Source: Peribolospora baueri
Lineage: Eukaryota
Length of the DNA: 55,251 bases
Reading direction: 5' to 3'
Assembly (NCBI GenBank): GCA_029717555.1
Contig: JAMDHS010000116.1
Location: 1-55,251, forward strand
Numbering within the stretch: the first letter of the stretch is position 1; the number at the start of each line of letters is the position of its first letter. Under the pieces are notes generated by a model. The model was not told where the DNA came from, did no database searches, and was given only the letters and a program-made list of their open reading frames with translations. The position numbers and the translations under genes are program-made. Of this stretch, positions 53,349 through 55,251 are shown piece after piece.

Positions 53349-55184
53349 GGGGCGACGTTCTAATCTCGTTTCCCTCTCTCCCACCACGCCTCGCCCAGTC
53401 GGGCCGGTGACGAGAGCGGCGGAGGATGGACATGGATGGATGGACGGACGAGGATAGGCCGGAGTCGATTCCTGATTCGAGAGATCGGATCCGGATAGCC
53501 TGAGCCAAGGGCAGAGAGGCGGCTTGGCTTGGCTTTTGCCGTGAACTCGTCGGTCGTCAGTCGGCCTGCAAGCAAGCAAGCAAGCAAAGATGCGCGTGCC
53601 AGCATGCAAGCAAGCAAGCTACGACGACGACGACGCCTCGAAGGGAAGGAAGGAAGGAAGGAAGGAAGGGTCGAGATGCGATGCGCACACCACATCCAAC
53701 CGGCGGCTACCCAACCAACCGGCGCCTGTGTGTCACTTAGTTGGCTTGGCGCACAGCAGTAGTGATCGAACGAACAAACGAACGAGCGTCGAGCGTTTCG
53801 CGCAAACGACCCGTTCCGGACGCGCCAAAAGCCGTCGCAACCCAACCCGTCGGTCGTCGTCAAGTCTTCTTCTTCTTCTTCCTTGTCTCCGCTCCACTCG
53901 ACTCGAACACGAACTCGGCGCCGCACATTCGCATTCATCCGCCAGCCCCTTACCTTACTGGCTTCCCTCAGCCGTCGCCGGTCGCGTGTTCTGGTTGTCC
54001 CGAACGGACGGACGGACGGAGAGGCGAGGCGATATCGTCTCCGTAAGGTCGGCCGGAAGGCTAATAAGGCTACTTGGCACAATACTTACTATCCGAGTAC
54101 CCCGCCCAAACGTCCCTTCCTTTCCCTTCCTTCCTTCCTTACTTCCGCCCCGCCTTTCCCGATCTCGTTTTGCGTGCGCTACCTCGCTCGCCTTTACTAC
54201 TGCGCCTGGCGCCTACCCACAGTAGTGACGAGGCGAACGAGCGGCTCCGAGCCCTTACATCATGTACGCCCTGGCGGACAGACAGATGAACAGACAGACG
54301 AAAACAATCCATCGATCACCCGTGGGCCGTCCTCGATTTATCCGAGCCCTTGTTGCGCGCTTTCTTGCACTTTGAAAATTATTTGACAGTCGCTGTCTTT
54401 CTTGCACGAATGCCTGACTCGTCCGTGTCCGAACTAACTAACTAAATAAACCGGCGGCCGAGAAGAAAGAGCACGAGAAGCCTTCCTTCCTTTCTGCCTT
54501 CAGCCCTTCCTTCGTCGCCGGCCCGCAGTACACCATGCGGTCACTGCCGGGGCCAGCGAAGATGGACCCGGGCCATTTCTCTCTTTCTCTCCCTCCCTCG
54601 GGGCACGCCGCCTGCGATGGCGGCTGACGAAGACGTCATGGACTCGGGCGCTGACGATTCTTCTCGATTAATGAAAGCCGCCGTACCTGCTGCGTGGGCG
54701 CTGCTTGTCTACCAGAAATCGATCGATGGTCCGCAATCGAATGGGCAGGCAGGCTCTGAAGCCACGCCAGCCGGCCAGCCAGTGCCAAGACAGGACTTTT
54801 TCAGGGTCCGTTCCAAGCAAAGCAGCAGAAGCATCAAGGAAAGGAAGGGTGACTACATCCATCCATCCATCCATCCTTGATGAACGAACGTAGCCGCCGT
54901 TTCCGTTTCCCCGAATCCGGCTGCAACGACTCGACTCGACTCGGTCCAGTCGGATCGAGAGCCCACGGCGACGTCGGTAAATCGGCTGCGACTAAACAAA
55001 TGGCTTTTAACCCACTTAATCTGATCCGAGCGTCGGACGACGCCGACTCGGCAAGGCAGGTCGACCAGACCAGACCACCCCGGAGTCTTCCGAAGGGCAA
55101 TTCGAGCGGCTGTCAAGCGCAGCGCAGTCAGTCAATCGGCTTCGCGCGACCAGTGCGATCGATCTTCCTTCTTCCATCCGCAAC

Positions 55185-55190
55185 TTTTTC

Positions 55191-55251
<61 letters not shown>
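55185..55251. repeat. (TTTTC)n followed by poly-T at the window end
   Basis: Seen directly; may mark a contig break. Confidence 0.9.

Overview
Gene-dense, GC-rich, intron-rich eukaryotic DNA from a fungus, most likely a basidiomycete (GTRAGY donors, CTRAC-type branch sites, introns of about 80-570 nt, many microsatellites). The species cannot be determined from the sequence alone. I can support about 19 spliced or unspliced protein-coding genes. In order: 3' part of a fungal-specific transcription factor, RAD10/ERCC1, YIP1, a GH5 glucosidase, ARPC5, a probable SLF2/Nse6-like SMC5/6 loader, NSA2, lysyl-tRNA synthetase, BCKDH E1-alpha, a Srk1/Rck2-type kinase, an MFS transporter, BCP1, COQ2, GPI15/PIG-H, GEP4, CWC23, a GT69-like protein, OMA1 and a 901-aa low-complexity orphan ORF. 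The last ~3.4 kb is repeat-rich non-coding DNA ending in poly-T. I found no mobile element, CRISPR array, tRNA or rRNA, and no clearly new multi-gene system; this is mostly housekeeping DNA. The best leads are: the candidate SLF2 orthologue, whose PIP-like box sits in an AUG-less N-terminal extension; a CTGCGGC(A) motif recurring in all five divergent promoters; an upstream-AUG mitochondrial extension of LysRS; a UIM on ERCC1; a 6-nt micro-exon in NSA2; and a frame-preserving cassette-like exon in the kinase. CDS coordinates are gene spans including introns, inferred by eye.
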